From Limisphaerales bacterium (GTDB lineage Bacteria; Verrucomicrobiota; Verrucomicrobiia; Limisphaerales; SIBE01): 44,950 nucleotides of DNA. This document shows positions 28,288 to 39,626 of the stretch, piece by piece (the stretch's first letter is position 1; every line of letters starts with the position of its first letter). The notes under the pieces are model-generated. The model saw only the letters and a program-made list of their open reading frames with translations. It was not told the DNA's origin and made no database searches. Location: positions 1 to 44,950 of the forward strand of contig JBGAIN010000055.1 of the NCBI GenBank assembly GCA_044225505.1, written 5' to 3'. Made by a program: the position numbers and the translations under genes.

Positions 28288-29247
28288 CTAGACTTTAGCC
28301 TCTTCCTTCGGCGCTTCGAGGAGAGTGGGATCGATATTCATGCCCAGAGACAGCCCGAGGCTAGTGAGCTTCTCCTTAATCTCGTTCAGAGATTTCTTCC
28401 CAAAATTCCGGTACTTGAGCATCTCAGCCTCCGTCTTCATGGCGAGCTGGCCGACCGTTGTGATGTTCGCGTTATTTAGGCAGTTCGCCGCACGAACACT
28501 TAACTCGATCTCATTCACGCTCATATTGAGGAGCTTCTTGAGCTTGGCTTTCTCGTCGTCCTGCTTGTCGGCGACTTCCTCAAATTCCACCGCATTCTTA
28601 TCGTAGCCGACAAACACATCCAGATGATGCTGCAAAATCGCAGAGGCTTGCGTCAGAGAATCGTCAGGCGAGATGCGCCCATCGGTCCAGACCTCTAAAA
28701 GCAGTCGATCATAGTCAGTCCGTTGGCCGACGCGCGCGCTCTCGACGGCATACCGGACACGCGTCACCGGGGAAAAGAGCGAGTCGATGGCGATCACGCC
28801 AATCGGTTGTTCCGGCTTCTTATTCTCATCGCCAGGGCAAAAACCACGCCCCACTTTAACCTCGAGCTCCATCTCAAACTTCTTCTTTTTGTCCAAAGTG
28901 CAGATCAGTTGCACGGGACCGTCCTTGTGCACGGACAAAAGCACGGTTTGAGGATCGCGGCTGTGCGAACGGAAAAGCACCTTCTTGAGGTTCAAGATTA
29001 TGTCGGTGACATCTTCGACAACGCCATCCACGGTCGTGAACTCGTGCATCGCTCCATCGATTTTGATGGAAGTAATCGCAGCGCCTTCAAGCGACGAAAG
29101 AAGAACGCGCCGCAAAGAATTGCCGATCGTATGGCCATATCCCGTTTCAAACGGTTCGGCAACGAACTTGGCATAGGTCTCTGTTGCGCTTGACTCCTCT
29201 TTGATCAAACGCTTCGGCATTTCAAACCGACCTAAACGTACTGGCAT
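28288..29247 (-). CDS. rpoA: RNA polymerase alpha subunit (apparent ~17-aa in-frame deletion)
   Basis: EPFETGYGHTIGNSLRRVLLSS, VGQRTDYD, ELSVRAANCL, NFGKKSLNEI. Confidence 0.97.
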   Translation of the reverse strand: MPVRLGRFEMPKRLIKEESSATETYAKFVAEPFETGYGHTIGNSLRRVLLSSLEGAAITSIKIDGAMHEFTTVDGVVEDVTDIILNLKKVLFRSHSRDPQTVLLSVHKDGPVQLICTLDKKKKFEMELEVKVGRGFCPGDENKKPEQPIGVIAIDSLFSPVTRVRYAVESARVGQRTDYDRLLLEVWTDGRISPDDSLTQASAILQHHLDVFVGYDKNAVEFEEVADKQDDEKAKLKKLLNMSVNEIELSVRAANCLNNANITTVGQLAMKTEAEMLKYRNFGKKSLNEIKEKLTSLGLSLGMNIDPTLLEAPKEEAKV

Positions 29248-29344
29248 AGGATTAACTTTCTACAATTTTAATCTGGCTAAGCCTGTCGATTCCCGGCGAC
29301 AGACCGAGCCCATATAATTGTGGTGCTCAGAAGAGCGGGTTTAA

Positions 29345-29953
29345 CTAGCGGGAATAGAATTCGACAACGGCTTGCTCATTCGCGATGGGCTGAATCTCAT
29401 CACGAGATGGAACACGCAGCACTGTGCCTTTGAAACCGTCGCGATTCAGCGATAACCAATCTGGAACCGCACGGCTTGTAGACACTTCGAGGCTTCTGGT
29501 TCCCATTTGCCGGGAAACATTGGAATCCTTGACTTCAACCACGTCGTTGACCTTCAACGCAAAAGAAGGCACATCCACTTTCCGGCCATTCACTTTGATA
29601 TGGCCGTGTGCAACCATTTGTCGCGCACCAGCCCGTGTGTTCCCGAAGCCAAGGTGAAAAACCACGTTGTCCAATCGCAATTCGAGAATCTGCAACATCG
29701 TCTCGCCAGTCACGCCACGACGTTTCAGTGCTCGCTCGTAAACACCTCGAAATTGACGCTCCAGCAGGCCGTAGTAATAACGCAACTTCTGCTTCTCAAT
29801 CAGTCCCAACGCGTAGTCGGTGTTCTTACGACGCGATTTTGGTCCATGCATACCAGGACCGTAATTCTTACGTTCGAGGTATTTTGATGGGCCAAAGATG
29901 GGAGTGCCAAAGCGGCGACTAACGCGAACACGGGGTCCAGTATAACGAGCCAT
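29345..29953 (-). CDS. rpsD: 30S ribosomal protein S4
   Basis: MARYTGP, LIEKQK, RLDNVV, VVEFYSR. Confidence 0.98.
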   Translation of the reverse strand: MARYTGPRVRVSRRFGTPIFGPSKYLERKNYGPGMHGPKSRRKNTDYALGLIEKQKLRYYYGLLERQFRGVYERALKRRGVTGETMLQILELRLDNVVFHLGFGNTRAGARQMVAHGHIKVNGRKVDVPSFALKVNDVVEVKDSNVSRQMGTRSLEVSTSRAVPDWLSLNRDGFKGTVLRVPSRDEIQPIANEQAVVEFYSR

Positions 29954-29985
29954 AGATTAAAGTGAAAAGTAAAGAAAAACGAAGG

Positions 29986-30639
29986 TTAGACGCGGCGCTT
30001 CTTGCGAGGACGGCATCCATTATGTGGCACCGGCGTCACATCCTTGATTGCTGTGATCTCTAGCCCGATCGCTTGCAGCGCACGTATCGCAGATTCGCGG
30101 CCTGATCCAGGGCCCTTCACCTTGATCTCAACTTCGCGCATTCCGTGAGACATCGCCTGCCGCGCTGCATCCTGAGCGACCTGTTGTGCCGCAAACGCAG
30201 TGCTTTTCCGAGATCCTTTGAATCCAACCTTTCCAGCGCTAGACCAGCCCAGGATATTCCCGTGCATGTCTGTAATCGAAACTAGCGTATTGTTAAAAGT
30301 AGCCAGAATATTGGCGATACCCGTCGAAATATTCTTGGCTCCCTTAGCCTTGACGATCTTCTTAGCTGCTGCGTCCTCTCCAAGCAATTCTGCCGCGGTA
30401 GGCGCAGTTGCTGCCGTCGGCTCAGTCGGTTTTGCAGCTGCTGCTGCGGCCGGTGGTGCAGCCCCCTCTGCACCTTCAGGTGCCGGAGTCTTCTCTCCAG
30501 CTGCCGCCTTCTTGCCCGAGGGCGCCTTGGCAGGCTTCGCCTCAGCGGCAGGTTTTGGAGCGCCAGTGGTTTCTGCCGTGGCCTCCGGTTTGGCCTCTTT
30601 TTTGGCGGCAGGCTTTTTAGGTTTAACTTCGTCAGCCAT
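29986..30639 (-). CDS. rpsK: 30S ribosomal protein S11 with ~95-aa Ala/Pro/Lys-rich N-terminal extension
   Basis: [40 protein letters not shown]. Confidence 0.98.
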   Translation of the reverse strand: MADEVKPKKPAAKKEAKPEATAETTGAPKPAAEAKPAKAPSGKKAAAGEKTPAPEGAEGAAPPAAAAAAKPTEPTAATAPTAAELLGEDAAAKKIVKAKGAKNISTGIANILATFNNTLVSITDMHGNILGWSSAGKVGFKGSRKSTAFAAQQVAQDAARQAMSHGMREVEIKVKGPGSGRESAIRALQAIGLEITAIKDVTPVPHNGCRPRKKRRV

Positions 30640-30673
30640 TCAAGGTGGGAGTTGAGCTTTAAGTGAGAGTTGC

Positions 30674-31069
30674 TTAATGGATGCCCGTCTTCGCATTCGG
30701 ATTACGCTGCACGCCGACCGTCTTACGCGGGCCCTTCCGGGTGCGGGCGTTCGTTTGGGTGCGTTGCCCGCGTACGGGCAAACCACGGAGGTGTCTGACG
30801 CCTCGGTAACACTTGATCGCTTGGAGCCGCTTTAGGTTCATACCTAGCTCACGGCGTAGGTCACCCTCGATCACGTACTTGCCGTCTTGGATGGCATGAA
30901 CGATTTGCGAAATCTGCTGCTCGTCCAAATTCTTCGCCCGAATCGCCGGATCGATCTTCGCGTGTTCCAAAATGACTTTGGCGTTCACGGGACCAATTCC
31001 GTAGATATAGCGCAGAGCAATGTCCACCCGCTTTTCGCCGGGGATATCAACACCTAAAATGCGTGGCAT
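30674..31069 (-). CDS. rpsM: 30S ribosomal protein S13
   Basis: [30 protein letters not shown]. Confidence 0.98.
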   Translation of the reverse strand: MPRILGVDIPGEKRVDIALRYIYGIGPVNAKVILEHAKIDPAIRAKNLDEQQISQIVHAIQDGKYVIEGDLRRELGMNLKRLQAIKCYRGVRHLRGLPVRGQRTQTNARTRKGPRKTVGVQRNPNAKTGIH

Positions 31070-31098
31070 AAATCAGTCAGTTTCAATCTTGCTGTTTC

Positions 31099-31212
31099 CT
31101 AGCCCTGGCGCTGTTTGTGCCGGGCGTTGGTACAGATAATACGAATAACACCTTTGCGCCGCACCACTTTGCAGTGTTCGCAGAGCTTCTTAACGGATGC
31201 GCGAACTTTCAT
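31099..31212 (-). CDS. rpmJ: 50S ribosomal protein L36 (Zn-binding type), not in ORF track
   Basis: Translated manually: [37 protein letters not shown]. Confidence 0.97.
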   Translation of the reverse strand: MKVRASVKKLCEHCKVVRRKGVIRIICTNARHKQRQG

Positions 31213-31216
31213 TTAT

Positions 31217-31435
31217 TTACTGTTCTTTTGCAATGATGGTGCCCTTCGATAAATCGAAAGGCGACATCTCGAGTTTTACCTTATCTCCTGCCCCAATGCG
31301 AACGAAATCCAAACGGATCTTTCCCGAAAGATGGGCCAGAATTCTGTGTCCGTTAGGAAGTTCCACCCGAAACACCGATCGTGGTAACACTTCTGTTACC
31401 CGACCTTCTGTTTCAATGGTCGTTTCTCTAGACAC
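31217..31435 (-). CDS. infA: Translation initiation factor IF-1 (divergent)
   Basis: IETEG.V.EVLP...FRVELPNGH.ILAHLSGK..GDKV..EMSPFDL. Confidence 0.92.
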   Translation of the reverse strand: MSRETTIETEGRVTEVLPRSVFRVELPNGHRILAHLSGKIRLDFVRIGAGDKVKLEMSPFDLSKGTIIAKEQ

Positions 31436-32172
31436 GTTAAAATCTCAGGCTCCGATTCCGTAATCAACACCGTATGTTCAAAATGTGCCGAGGGCTGACC
31501 GTCTTTCGTTACCACTGTCCAGCCATCTTTTAACACCTCAACCGCTGCAGAGCCAGCGTTGACCATTGGCTCAATCGCTACCGTCATTCCCGGCCGCAAC
31601 CGTGGAGAGGATTTCCCATCCACGAAATTCGGAATCTGAGGCTCTTCATGCATGGTCCGTCCGACTCCATGCCCCACAAATTCTCGCACCACGCTAAAGC
31701 CGTTGCTTTCCACAGTCATCTGAACAGCGCGCGAAATATCGGAAACACGATTCCCGGGCATCGCTTGAGCGATCCCTTGATACAGGGCTCGCTCAGTAAC
31801 GTCCATGAGCTTTTGAGCCAAGGCACTGCAACCACCCACCGCGACGGTGCGTGCGGTGTCGCCGATGTAGCCGTCACACGTCACTCCCACATCGATACTA
31901 ACAATATCACCAAACTGAACCCGGCGATCACTAGCTAATCCATGGACGACTTGATCGTTCACTGACAAACAGACATGGCAAGGATACTTTCTGTAGCCAA
32001 GAAACGCGCTCCTGGCTCCATGATGCTTTATTCGCGATGCGGCATAAAGGTCAATTTCCTTAGTCGACATCCCCGGCGCAACCCAAGAACAAACCTCCTG
32101 CAACACGAGGCTGGCAACCCCACCAGCAATCCGCATTGCTTCGATATCCCGTTCACTCTTTAAGATAATCAT
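31396..32172 (-). CDS. map: Methionine aminopeptidase type I
   Basis: SVND.VVHG, GDIVSID, GDTA, GHGVG..HEEP, AIEPM, SAHFEHT. Confidence 0.97.
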   Translation of the reverse strand: MIILKSERDIEAMRIAGGVASLVLQEVCSWVAPGMSTKEIDLYAASRIKHHGARSAFLGYRKYPCHVCLSVNDQVVHGLASDRRVQFGDIVSIDVGVTCDGYIGDTARTVAVGGCSALAQKLMDVTERALYQGIAQAMPGNRVSDISRAVQMTVESNGFSVVREFVGHGVGRTMHEEPQIPNFVDGKSSPRLRPGMTVAIEPMVNAGSAAVEVLKDGWTVVTKDGQPSAHFEHTVLITESEPEILTCLEKRPLKQKVG

Positions 32173-32251
32173 CAGCGTCCGTGCGACCGTTCACTCAACC
32201 TCTTAAACGTTCACTCGCTGCTTTTCACGTCCTTCGCGCATTTCCCAAGCT

Positions 32252-33628
32252 TTAAAAGCGTCCTTTAAGCCGGCCTTTCTTCAAGAAACCATCGTAGTGC
32301 CGCATCAATAAATGGGACTCCATTTGCCTCATGGTATCCAACAGCACTCCGACCGTAATTAACATACTGGTCCCACCAAAAAACTGCGAGACGTTGAAGT
32401 TGATGCCGAAGACCTGCCCCATCAACATCGGAATCACGGCGATCACGGTCAAGAAGAGCGCCCCAGCCAGAGTAATCCGACTCATCGCACGGTGCAGAAA
32501 ATCACTCGTCGCCTGTCCCGGACGAACCCCAGGGATGTAACCTCCATACTTCTTCAAGTCGTCTGCGATCTGCAACTCGTTGAACTGCGTTGCGACCCAA
32601 AAATACGAGAAAAACATAATCATTCCCGCGTATAAGACGTAATAGAGAAGGTTCCCTCGACTCAAATCTCGCCCTATATCAAGGAAGAACTTGATATTCG
32701 CCAACTGTCCAAGCTTTAGGAAGATCATGGACGGGAACATCAAAATCGCCTGGGCAAAGATGATCGGCATAACCCCCGCATAGTTCACGCGTAACGGCAT
32801 GAAGGAACTACCCCCGGCGTAAACCTTCCTTCCCACGGCGCGCTGCGCATACTGCACCGGGATTTTCCGTTGCGCCTGCGTCACCGCGATGACACCGGCG
32901 ATCACGGCTAGGAGCAGCAGCAGGAGCGCAATTCCGTGGAAGACATTGAATCGCTGCTCCACCTCCGCGGGCGGATAAAACATAAAATAAAGCGACTGCG
33001 CTGCTTGGGGTAAATTCGCCACGATTCCAACCGTAATGATCAGAGATATTCCATTCCCAATCCCACGTTCAGTGATTTGCTCTCCTAACCACATGAGTAA
33101 CAGCGTCCCAGTGGTTAACAACAACACCGTCTGGATTCGATACCACCAACCCGGATGAAGCACCAACGAGCCCGTGAAACCGTTGAAAATGTCGCTAGGA
33201 TGTTCCCAGCCGAGTGTCATCAACGTTCCATGCCCCAAGCAAAGCAAAACCGTTAGGTAACGGCCGTACTGGATCAGTTTTGCCCGTCCGCCTTCCTCGC
33301 GGGCCAACTTACTCAAGCCTGGCAGCACTGCCGTTAAGAGCTGAACGATAATCGTCGCCGTGATGTAGGGCATAATGCCCAAGGCACCAATTGCGCAGTT
33401 CTGTAAGGCACCGCCTGTAAACAGGCTGTACATTCCCACCAACGGGTTGTCCGTTTGGTTCGCTGCGTGCGAAAAATGGGCGCGCAAGGCACCGGCATCC
33501 AGTCCGGGAATCGGCACCCAGGCGAGCACACGGCAAATCGCCAATACCACCAGGGTAAAGAAGATGCGCGACTTCAGCTCCGGAATTTTGAAGCAGTTAG
33601 CGAACGTGTTGACAAGGTTGGCGAACAT
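32252..33628 (-). CDS. secY: Preprotein translocase SecY
   Basis: LGIMPYITA.I, WLGEQITERGIGNGISL, AGVMPIIFA, IPGVRPG, GGTSMLI.VGV. Confidence 0.98.
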   Translation of the reverse strand: MFANLVNTFANCFKIPELKSRIFFTLVVLAICRVLAWVPIPGLDAGALRAHFSHAANQTDNPLVGMYSLFTGGALQNCAIGALGIMPYITATIIVQLLTAVLPGLSKLAREEGGRAKLIQYGRYLTVLLCLGHGTLMTLGWEHPSDIFNGFTGSLVLHPGWWYRIQTVLLLTTGTLLLMWLGEQITERGIGNGISLIITVGIVANLPQAAQSLYFMFYPPAEVEQRFNVFHGIALLLLLLAVIAGVIAVTQAQRKIPVQYAQRAVGRKVYAGGSSFMPLRVNYAGVMPIIFAQAILMFPSMIFLKLGQLANIKFFLDIGRDLSRGNLLYYVLYAGMIMFFSYFWVATQFNELQIADDLKKYGGYIPGVRPGQATSDFLHRAMSRITLAGALFLTVIAVIPMLMGQVFGINFNVSQFFGGTSMLITVGVLLDTMRQMESHLLMRHYDGFLKKGRLKGRF

Positions 33629-33644
33629 GGAATGAACCCGGGAA

Positions 33645-34115
33645 TTAGACCGAAGGCGCCGGCGTCGGCTTTCCTACCACATGACAAACTCCACCTAAAC
33701 TCTCAATCTTAGCCTTGGCCGAAGCGCTAAAAGCATGAGCATGAACTTGTAGTTTCTTCTTCAGCTCACCACTTCCCAAAATCTTTATCCCATCGGACGG
33801 TCCATTGGCAAACCCAAGGTCGCGCAATGCAGTCTCGTCAACTTTAGCTCCTTCTTCGAACCCATTCAGAGCGTCTAAATTGACCGGGATATAGCGAGTT
33901 TCATGGCGGGTGTTATTGAAACCGCGCTTCGGAATGCGCCGAATGAGAGGCATCTGCCCACCTTCAAACCCAATTCGAATGGAACTTCCAGACCGTGCCG
34001 TCTGGCCCTTGCCACCGCGACCGCTGGTTTTTCCGTGACCGCTAGATTCCCCTTGGCCCAACCGTTTGCGACGGTGTTTAGCACCGGGCCTCGGCTTGAG
34101 ATCGTGTAAACGCAT
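33645..34115 (-). CDS. rplO: 50S ribosomal protein L15
   Basis: ATG at 34115; GKTSGRGGKGQTAR, FEGGQMPL.RRIPKRGF. Confidence 0.97.
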   Translation of the reverse strand: MRLHDLKPRPGAKHRRKRLGQGESSGHGKTSGRGGKGQTARSGSSIRIGFEGGQMPLIRRIPKRGFNNTRHETRYIPVNLDALNGFEEGAKVDETALRDLGFANGPSDGIKILGSGELKKKLQVHAHAFSASAKAKIESLGGVCHVVGKPTPAPSV

Positions 34116-34125
34116 AACAGTAAAA

Positions 34126-34785
34126 TTAATTCGAAGTCGGAGATACAATCGGAGCCGACGGAGCCGTTGCTTGAACGGGAACCGGTTGAACTTTTGCCCG
34201 AACAGCCAAACCACGCGCTCGGTAGATATCTTCCCGTAATCGCAAGGTTTGAAGTGCTGCTAATGTGGCTTTTGCCACGTTGGCGGCGTTCTTAGATCCC
34301 AGGGACTTGCTCAGGATATCCTTTACGCCCGCCGATTCCACCACAGCCCGAACCGTCTTACCCGCAATAATCCCAGTTCCTGGCGACGCAGGGCGAAGCA
34401 AGATCCGAGCTCCTCCGTACGAAGAGATCACCTCATGGGGAATGGTCGCTTCACGCAATGAAACATTAACCATGCGTTGTTTTGCATCTTCACCCCCCTT
34501 GTGGATTGCGTCTGCGACTTCACCAGCTTTCCCCAAGCCGATGCCAACGCGACCACGCTTATCACCGACGACCACCAAGGCACTAAAGCTGAAGCGTCGT
34601 CCGCCCTTGACGACTTTTGAAGAGCGATTGATAAAGACGACCTTTTCGCTTAACTCATTGCCGTCCTTACCGTCCATGCCACCATCGCCCGACTCGTTCG
34701 GCCCGCGCCCGCGCCGAGGGCCGCGTCCGGGCCCGCGTCCGCCACGTCCGTGATCCGGTCCGGTTCGTTGTTGTTGTTCCGCCAC
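34126..34785 (-). CDS. rpsE: 30S ribosomal protein S5
   Basis: [36 protein letters not shown]. Confidence 0.97.
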   Translation of the reverse strand: MAEQQQRTGPDHGRGGRGPGRGPRRGRGPNESGDGGMDGKDGNELSEKVVFINRSSKVVKGGRRFSFSALVVVGDKRGRVGIGLGKAGEVADAIHKGGEDAKQRMVNVSLREATIPHEVISSYGGARILLRPASPGTGIIAGKTVRAVVESAGVKDILSKSLGSKNAANVAKATLAALQTLRLREDIYRARGLAVRAKVQPVPVQATAPSAPIVSPTSN

Positions 34786-34808
34786 GTTATAGTCTCCTGT
34801 TTGGGATT

Positions 34809-35174
34809 TTAAAATTTAAGTCCTGCTTCCCGTGCCGCATCCGCTAAGGCTTTAACCTTGCCATGAAACCGAGCCCCACTCCTGTCAAACACCACTTGCT
34901 CGATCCCCTTTGCCTTGGCCACTTCCGCCGCGTACTGGCCAATCTTTTTGGCGCTGATAACATTCGCAGCGAGCTTATCGCGATCCGGAATCGATTTATT
35001 GCAAGTAGACGCCGATGCGAGAGTCACTCCCGCTTCGTCGTCAACGAATTGAACGTGAATATTCTTTTGCGTGAAACAAACGCTCATTCGAGGACGTTGA
35101 CGTGAACCAGTCACCTTCTTGCGGATACGCCAACGCCGCAATTGCTGAAGCCGCGCTCTTTGATCAGGTCTCAT
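34809..35174 (-). CDS. rplR: 50S ribosomal protein L18
   Basis: [31 protein letters not shown]. Confidence 0.97.
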   Translation of the reverse strand: MRPDQRARLQQLRRWRIRKKVTGSRQRPRMSVCFTQKNIHVQFVDDEAGVTLASASTCNKSIPDRDKLAANVISAKKIGQYAAEVAKAKGIEQVVFDRSGARFHGKVKALADAAREAGLKF

Positions 35175-35222
35175 AGGGGTACGTCACGGATTTGGCCGTA
35201 ACAGTAAAAAATACAATTTGAA

Positions 35223-35759
35223 CTATTGAACTGTCTTGCCTTCCTTGCGGACGACATGCTCGCCAACATAGCGAACACCCTTGCCCTTGTAAGGCTCTGG
35301 GGGATAAAAACTGCGAATTTCCGAGGCCACACGCCCGACCACCTCTTTGCTCGGTCCTTCGATGGTCAATTTCGTGTTTTCCTCCACTGTCACCTTGATT
35401 TGGTCGGGTATGGGGTAATTAATCGGATGCGAATAGCCGAGGCTCAGGTTCACGTTCTTCCCTTGCACAGCGGCCTTGAATCCCACGCCTTGAATTTCCA
35501 GTTTCTTGACAAAACCTTCGCTAACGCCGCGAACCATGTTGTTGACAATCGCTCGGCTTAGACCGTGCAAGGACTTCGCTTCGGCGTCATCCCCATCACG
35601 ATTAACCAAAATACGATCGCTCTCCACCACGGCGGAGGTCCGTCTGGGCAGGTCAAATTCCAGCTTACCCTTGGGACCTTCAACCAGGATCTTTCGATCC
35701 TGAACCCCCACTTTTACTTTGGGCGGAATGGTGACCGGCAACTTTCCAATTCTTGACAT
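35223..35759 (-). CDS. rplF: 50S ribosomal protein L6
   Basis: ATG at 35759: MSRIGKLP, LGYSHP, PPEPYKGKGVRY. Confidence 0.97.
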   Translation of the reverse strand: MSRIGKLPVTIPPKVKVGVQDRKILVEGPKGKLEFDLPRRTSAVVESDRILVNRDGDDAEAKSLHGLSRAIVNNMVRGVSEGFVKKLEIQGVGFKAAVQGKNVNLSLGYSHPINYPIPDQIKVTVEENTKLTIEGPSKEVVGRVASEIRSFYPPEPYKGKGVRYVGEHVVRKEGKTVQ

Positions 35760-35772
35760 AAACGCAATGGGG

Positions 35773-36159
35773 TTACCAAACGAAGCAAAGCAGCTCTCCA
35801 CCCAGGTTATTCTTTTGAGCCTCAAAACCTGTCATGATGCCCTTCGGAGTCGAGACGATCGCGGTGCCCATACCTCCGAGAACGCGGGGAATCTCTGTGG
35901 CACGCACGTAGCGCCGCAAACCTGGCGAACTCACTCGGCGCAAACCAGCGATCACTCCGCGCCGTCCTTGATACTTCAAGGTAAGCTTTAACTTCTTCAA
36001 CGGCTTCCCGTCGACAGTACAGTCCGTAATATAGCCTTCGCGCTTCAGAATCTGCGCGATGCTCTCCTTCATCTTGGAGTGGGCCACCTCAACATCCACT
36101 AGCAACGCCTGATTAGCGTTACGGATGCGCGTGAGCATATCAGCAATGGGATCGGTCAT
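35773..36159 (-). CDS. rpsH: 30S ribosomal protein S8
   Basis: [33 protein letters not shown]. Confidence 0.98.
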   Translation of the reverse strand: MTDPIADMLTRIRNANQALLVDVEVAHSKMKESIAQILKREGYITDCTVDGKPLKKLKLTLKYQGRRGVIAGLRRVSSPGLRRYVRATEIPRVLGGMGTAIVSTPKGIMTGFEAQKNNLGGELLCFVW

Positions 36160-36163
36160 AGAA

Positions 36164-36433
36164 TTACCAACTCGCTTTCGTCACACCTGGGATCAAGCCG
36201 GAGAGCGCCGCTTCACGAAAAACCAACCGCGAGCAGCCAAACTTACGCAAATAGCCGTGGCGCCGACCGGAAATACCACAGCGATTCGTGATGCGCACTG
36301 GGCTGGCGCCACGAGGCAGCTTTGCTAATCCCGCGTAGTCGCGTTTCGCTTTGAGTTCCGCTCGGATCGCCGCGTACTTCTGCACGGTCGCGCGCTTCCG
36401 TTTTTCCCGTTCAATCCATGCTTTCTTAGCCAT
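36164..36433 (-). CDS. rpsN: 30S ribosomal protein S14 (89-aa, Zn-independent type)
   Basis: MAKKA, LPR.ASPVR..NRC..SGR, GVTKASW; lacks the two CxxC pairs. Confidence 0.96.
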   Translation of the reverse strand: MAKKAWIEREKRKRATVQKYAAIRAELKAKRDYAGLAKLPRGASPVRITNRCGISGRRHGYLRKFGCSRLVFREAALSGLIPGVTKASW

Positions 36434-36434
36434 A

Positions 36435-36980
36435 TCATCTTCCTTCGGCAAACGGCATCCCCATCATTTTCAAGAGGTCTAGCGCCTCATCGTCTGAATT
36501 GGCGGTAGTGACAATCGTAATATCCATCCCTTGCTGCCGCTTGATCTTATCCAAGTCGACTTCCGGGAAAATCGTTTGATCCACGACGCCCAACGAATAA
36601 TTCCCGCGTCCATCGAAAGATCGCGTAGAAAGTCCGCGGAAATCCCGGATTCGAGGCAGCGCAGCCGCAACCAAACGGTCGAAAAACTCATACATTGCCT
36701 CGCGGCGCAGTGTCACGTGACATCCGATAGGCTGTCCTTGACGCAACTTGAAGTTCGCGATGCTTTTCCGGGCTTTGGCGATCACTGGCTTTCGGCCAGT
36801 AATCAAGGTCAAATCCTTAGCGGCGTCATCCACCGCGCCCTTTTCCAAGGCCGCGCTGACACCCATGTTAAGCACAATCTTTTCGATCTTCGGCACCTGA
36901 TGCACGTTCTTATACTTACGCTTCTCCATCAAAGCAGAGCGCACGGTATCAACGTATCGCTGATAAAGTCTCGGTTTCAT
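36435..36980 (-). CDS. rplE: 50S ribosomal protein L5
   Basis: [35 protein letters not shown]. Confidence 0.98.
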   Translation of the reverse strand: MKPRLYQRYVDTVRSALMEKRKYKNVHQVPKIEKIVLNMGVSAALEKGAVDDAAKDLTLITGRKPVIAKARKSIANFKLRQGQPIGCHVTLRREAMYEFFDRLVAAALPRIRDFRGLSTRSFDGRGNYSLGVVDQTIFPEVDLDKIKRQQGMDITIVTTANSDDEALDLLKMMGMPFAEGR

Positions 36981-36988
36981 AAAACTCT

Positions 36989-37267
36989 CTAGGAACTCGC
37001 TGAACCAGTACCTCCACGCCGATTGGCACGGGCATCAAATTTGGTGGCGAGCATCACGTTAGATAGATGGACTGTCCCCTCGCGTTCGACAATGGCCCCT
37101 TGAGGGTGCTGCTGGTTCTTACGCGTGTGACGCTTGATCATCTTGATCCCTTCCACAATGACGCGCTCTTTCCCGCCAATCACGCGAATGACCTTTCCGC
37201 GTTTGCCTCGTTCAGTGCCGGCTATGACGACAACTTCGTCTCCCCGCTTTACGTGTGAGTTGATCAT
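36989..37267 (-). CDS. rplX: 50S ribosomal protein L24
   Basis: KOW motif [25 protein letters not shown]. Confidence 0.96.
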   Translation of the reverse strand: MINSHVKRGDEVVVIAGTERGKRGKVIRVIGGKERVIVEGIKMIKRHTRKNQQHPQGAIVEREGTVHLSNVMLATKFDARANRRGGTGSASS

Positions 37268-37271
37268 TGTC

Positions 37272-37637
37272 TTAGATGACCTCCGGGGCCAATGAGATAA
37301 TTTTCATGAACTTCTTATCCCGCAGTTCGCGCGCGACCGGGCCAAAGATGCGCGTTCCGCGAGGATTGTTCTCTTTGTCGATGATCACAATCGCGTTGGT
37401 ATCAAAGCGCAGATATGAGCCATCGCTCCGTCGGATTGGCTGGCGCGTCCGAACGATGACTGCGTCGACAACCTCGCCTTTCTTGACCGTGCCGTCGGGC
37501 GTGGCTTCCTTGATATGCGCTTTGATCACATCGCCAACCCGCGCATATTGCTGATTACGGCCGATCACGCCGATGGCCGCGGCCCGCTTAGCACCAGTAT
37601 TGTCCGCCACATCGAGAATGGAACGTATTTGTAACAT
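37272..37637 (-). CDS. rplN: 50S ribosomal protein L14
   Basis: [32 protein letters not shown]. Confidence 0.98.
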   Translation of the reverse strand: MLQIRSILDVADNTGAKRAAAIGVIGRNQQYARVGDVIKAHIKEATPDGTVKKGEVVDAVIVRTRQPIRRSDGSYLRFDTNAIVIIDKENNPRGTRIFGPVARELRDKKFMKIISLAPEVI

Positions 37638-37654
37638 AGTGGATCCTTAATTCC

Positions 37655-37948
37655 TTAAGCCGCCACGACTGGCGCCGCAACTTTTCGCTCCAGAACCTCG
37701 ACCAAACGCCAGCTCTTTGTCTTCGAGAGCGGGCGTGTCTCTTGGATCAGCACTCGATCTCCAATCTTGGCTTCACTCTTCTCGTCGTGCGCATAGAATT
37801 TGCGGTAATGGGTGACGACCTTCTTGAACTTCGGGTGCCGGAAACGGCGTTCCACCCGAACGACGATCGTCTTCGTCATCTTATTGGAGATGACTTCACC
37901 TAAGCGCTCTTTACGGTGAGTGCGGGCCGGGGAAGTACTTTCAGGCAT
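37655..37948 (-). CDS. rpsQ: 30S ribosomal protein S17
   Basis: [29 protein letters not shown]. Confidence 0.97.
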   Translation of the reverse strand: MPESTSPARTHRKERLGEVISNKMTKTIVVRVERRFRHPKFKKVVTHYRKFYAHDEKSEAKIGDRVLIQETRPLSKTKSWRLVEVLERKVAAPVVAA

Positions 37949-37954
37949 AAAAAC

Positions 37955-38152
37955 TTAGGCGGGTTTGTTGCGGATTTTGCTGATCTGCGTCTCCACGCGG
38001 GCGATATCGCGTCGGAGCAGCCGCAATCGGGCGGGCTTTTCCAACTGCGCACTGGCCTGCTGCAACCGCAGGTTGAACAACTCCTGCCGAAGATCGCGGT
38101 TCTTCGCGTTCAACTCCACCAGGGTAGTGTCTCGAATTTCCGATGCTTTCAT
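37955..38152 (-). CDS. rpmC: 50S ribosomal protein L29
   Basis: ELFNLRLQ, RRDIARVET; position in operon. Confidence 0.96.
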   Translation of the reverse strand: MKASEIRDTTLVELNAKNRDLRQELFNLRLQQASAQLEKPARLRLLRRDIARVETQISKIRNKPA

Positions 38153-38164
38153 GAAAAGAACTTT

Positions 38165-38590
38165 CTAATGGGCGGCCAACTGATGCCGAGATATAAAGCG
38201 CGTCCGGATGGGCAGTTTGTCTGCCGCCAACCGCATGGACTCACGCGCGATCGGCTCAGGAACACCGTCAACTTCAAACAACACATTGGCCGGGCGAATT
38301 ACCGACACCCAAGACTCCACCGGGCCTTTGCCCTTACCCATACGAGTTTCCAACGGCTTCTTGGTATACGATTTATCGGGGAAGATACGAATCCACAGCT
38401 TGCCGCGGCGTTTCATAAAACGGCTGATCGCAACACGTGCTGCTTCAATCTGTTTCGTATCCAACCAACAACGTTCCAATGCTTGCAACCCATACTCGCC
38501 AAAAGCAACCGTGTTGCCGCGGGAAGCAATCCCAGTGCGACTGCCACGGTGCATTTTGCGATACTTCACTCTTGCGGGCATCAAAGGCAT
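38165..38590 (-). CDS. rplP: 50S ribosomal protein L16
   Basis: [25 protein letters not shown]. Confidence 0.98.
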   Translation of the reverse strand: MPLMPARVKYRKMHRGSRTGIASRGNTVAFGEYGLQALERCWLDTKQIEAARVAISRFMKRRGKLWIRIFPDKSYTKKPLETRMGKGKGPVESWVSVIRPANVLFEVDGVPEPIARESMRLAADKLPIRTRFISRHQLAAH

Positions 38591-38611
38591 AAGCGGTCCT
38601 CAGGGCAAAAT

Positions 38612-39286
38612 TTAAAGATTGGCCGGCGCAGCAGTCGTTGGCGTCGGCTGAGGCTTCTCAGGTTTGTTCTCGCCTCGACAAATCCAGCACTTGATTCCGA
38701 GCTTCCCATACAATGTGTGGGCCTCGGCAAAACCATAGTCGATATTAGCCCGCAACGTGTGCAGCGGAACACTTCCCTCGTGATACGACTCGACACGGGC
38801 CAACTCCGCGCCCCCAAGTCGTCCGCCGCACCGGACTTTGATACCGGTCGCTCCAAAATCCATCGCAGTCTGAACGGCCTTCTTCATCGCTCGACGGAAG
38901 GAAATACGTCGTTCGAGCTGGAGGGCGATATTTTCCGCAACGAGCTGAGCATCGGTCTCGGGCGTCTTTACCTCTTGGATATCGACATAAATTTCTTTGC
39001 CCGTCATCTTGCTCAATTCCTCTTTAATCTTGTCGATCTCAGCCCCCTTACGGCCGATCACCACTCCAGGCCGCGCAGTAAAAATCGTGATACGGCAGCG
39101 CGTTGCCGCTCGCTCGATCATGATTTTCGGCACCGAGGCTGATTCGAGCTTCTTCTTCAGAATGTCTCGGATCTTCCGATCTTCGGTCAGCAATTTACCG
39201 AAGTCGCGCTTCTCGGCGTACCATTTCGAACGCCAGTCTTTATTGACGGCAACTCGAAGCCCAATTGGGTTCGTCTTCTGTCCCAT
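38612..39286 (-). CDS. rpsC: 30S ribosomal protein S3
   Basis: [33 protein letters not shown]. Confidence 0.98.
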   Translation of the reverse strand: MGQKTNPIGLRVAVNKDWRSKWYAEKRDFGKLLTEDRKIRDILKKKLESASVPKIMIERAATRCRITIFTARPGVVIGRKGAEIDKIKEELSKMTGKEIYVDIQEVKTPETDAQLVAENIALQLERRISFRRAMKKAVQTAMDFGATGIKVRCGGRLGGAELARVESYHEGSVPLHTLRANIDYGFAEAHTLYGKLGIKCWICRGENKPEKPQPTPTTAAPANL

Positions 39287-39290
39287 AATC

Positions 39291-39623
39291 TTAGCTGTCG
39301 GATAAAACGATCTTGATGTGGCAACTGCGCTTAAGAATTGGTCCGGCCGATCCGCGAGCCTTCGGCACGAAACGCTTCATGGTAGTTGCCGTTCCGGCAA
39401 CCGCTTCCTTAATGCGGAGCATTTCCGGCTTTGCTCCTTTGTTGTTCTCCGCATTTGCGATTGCGGATTTTAAAGTCTTGGCAACGAGTCGGGCAGACTT
39501 TCGAGGGACGACGGCCAAAATCGCCACGGCCTGTTGCGCAGGCAACCCCTGAATCTGGCGCACGACTTCCCTGACTTTTTGCGCCGACATGCGAGCATTG
39601 CGGGTGATAGCTTGAACTTCCAT
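39291..39623 (-). CDS. rplV: 50S ribosomal protein L22
   Basis: [33 protein letters not shown]. Confidence 0.97.
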   Translation of the reverse strand: MEVQAITRNARMSAQKVREVVRQIQGLPAQQAVAILAVVPRKSARLVAKTLKSAIANAENNKGAKPEMLRIKEAVAGTATTMKRFVPKARGSAGPILKRSCHIKIVLSDS

Positions 39624-39626
39624 AGG

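Noticed and set aside
37916..39142. 408-aa + strand ORF and other long antisense ORFs over ribosomal genes, fusA and moxR
   Set aside because: Antisense shadows of conserved genes caused by codon bias.
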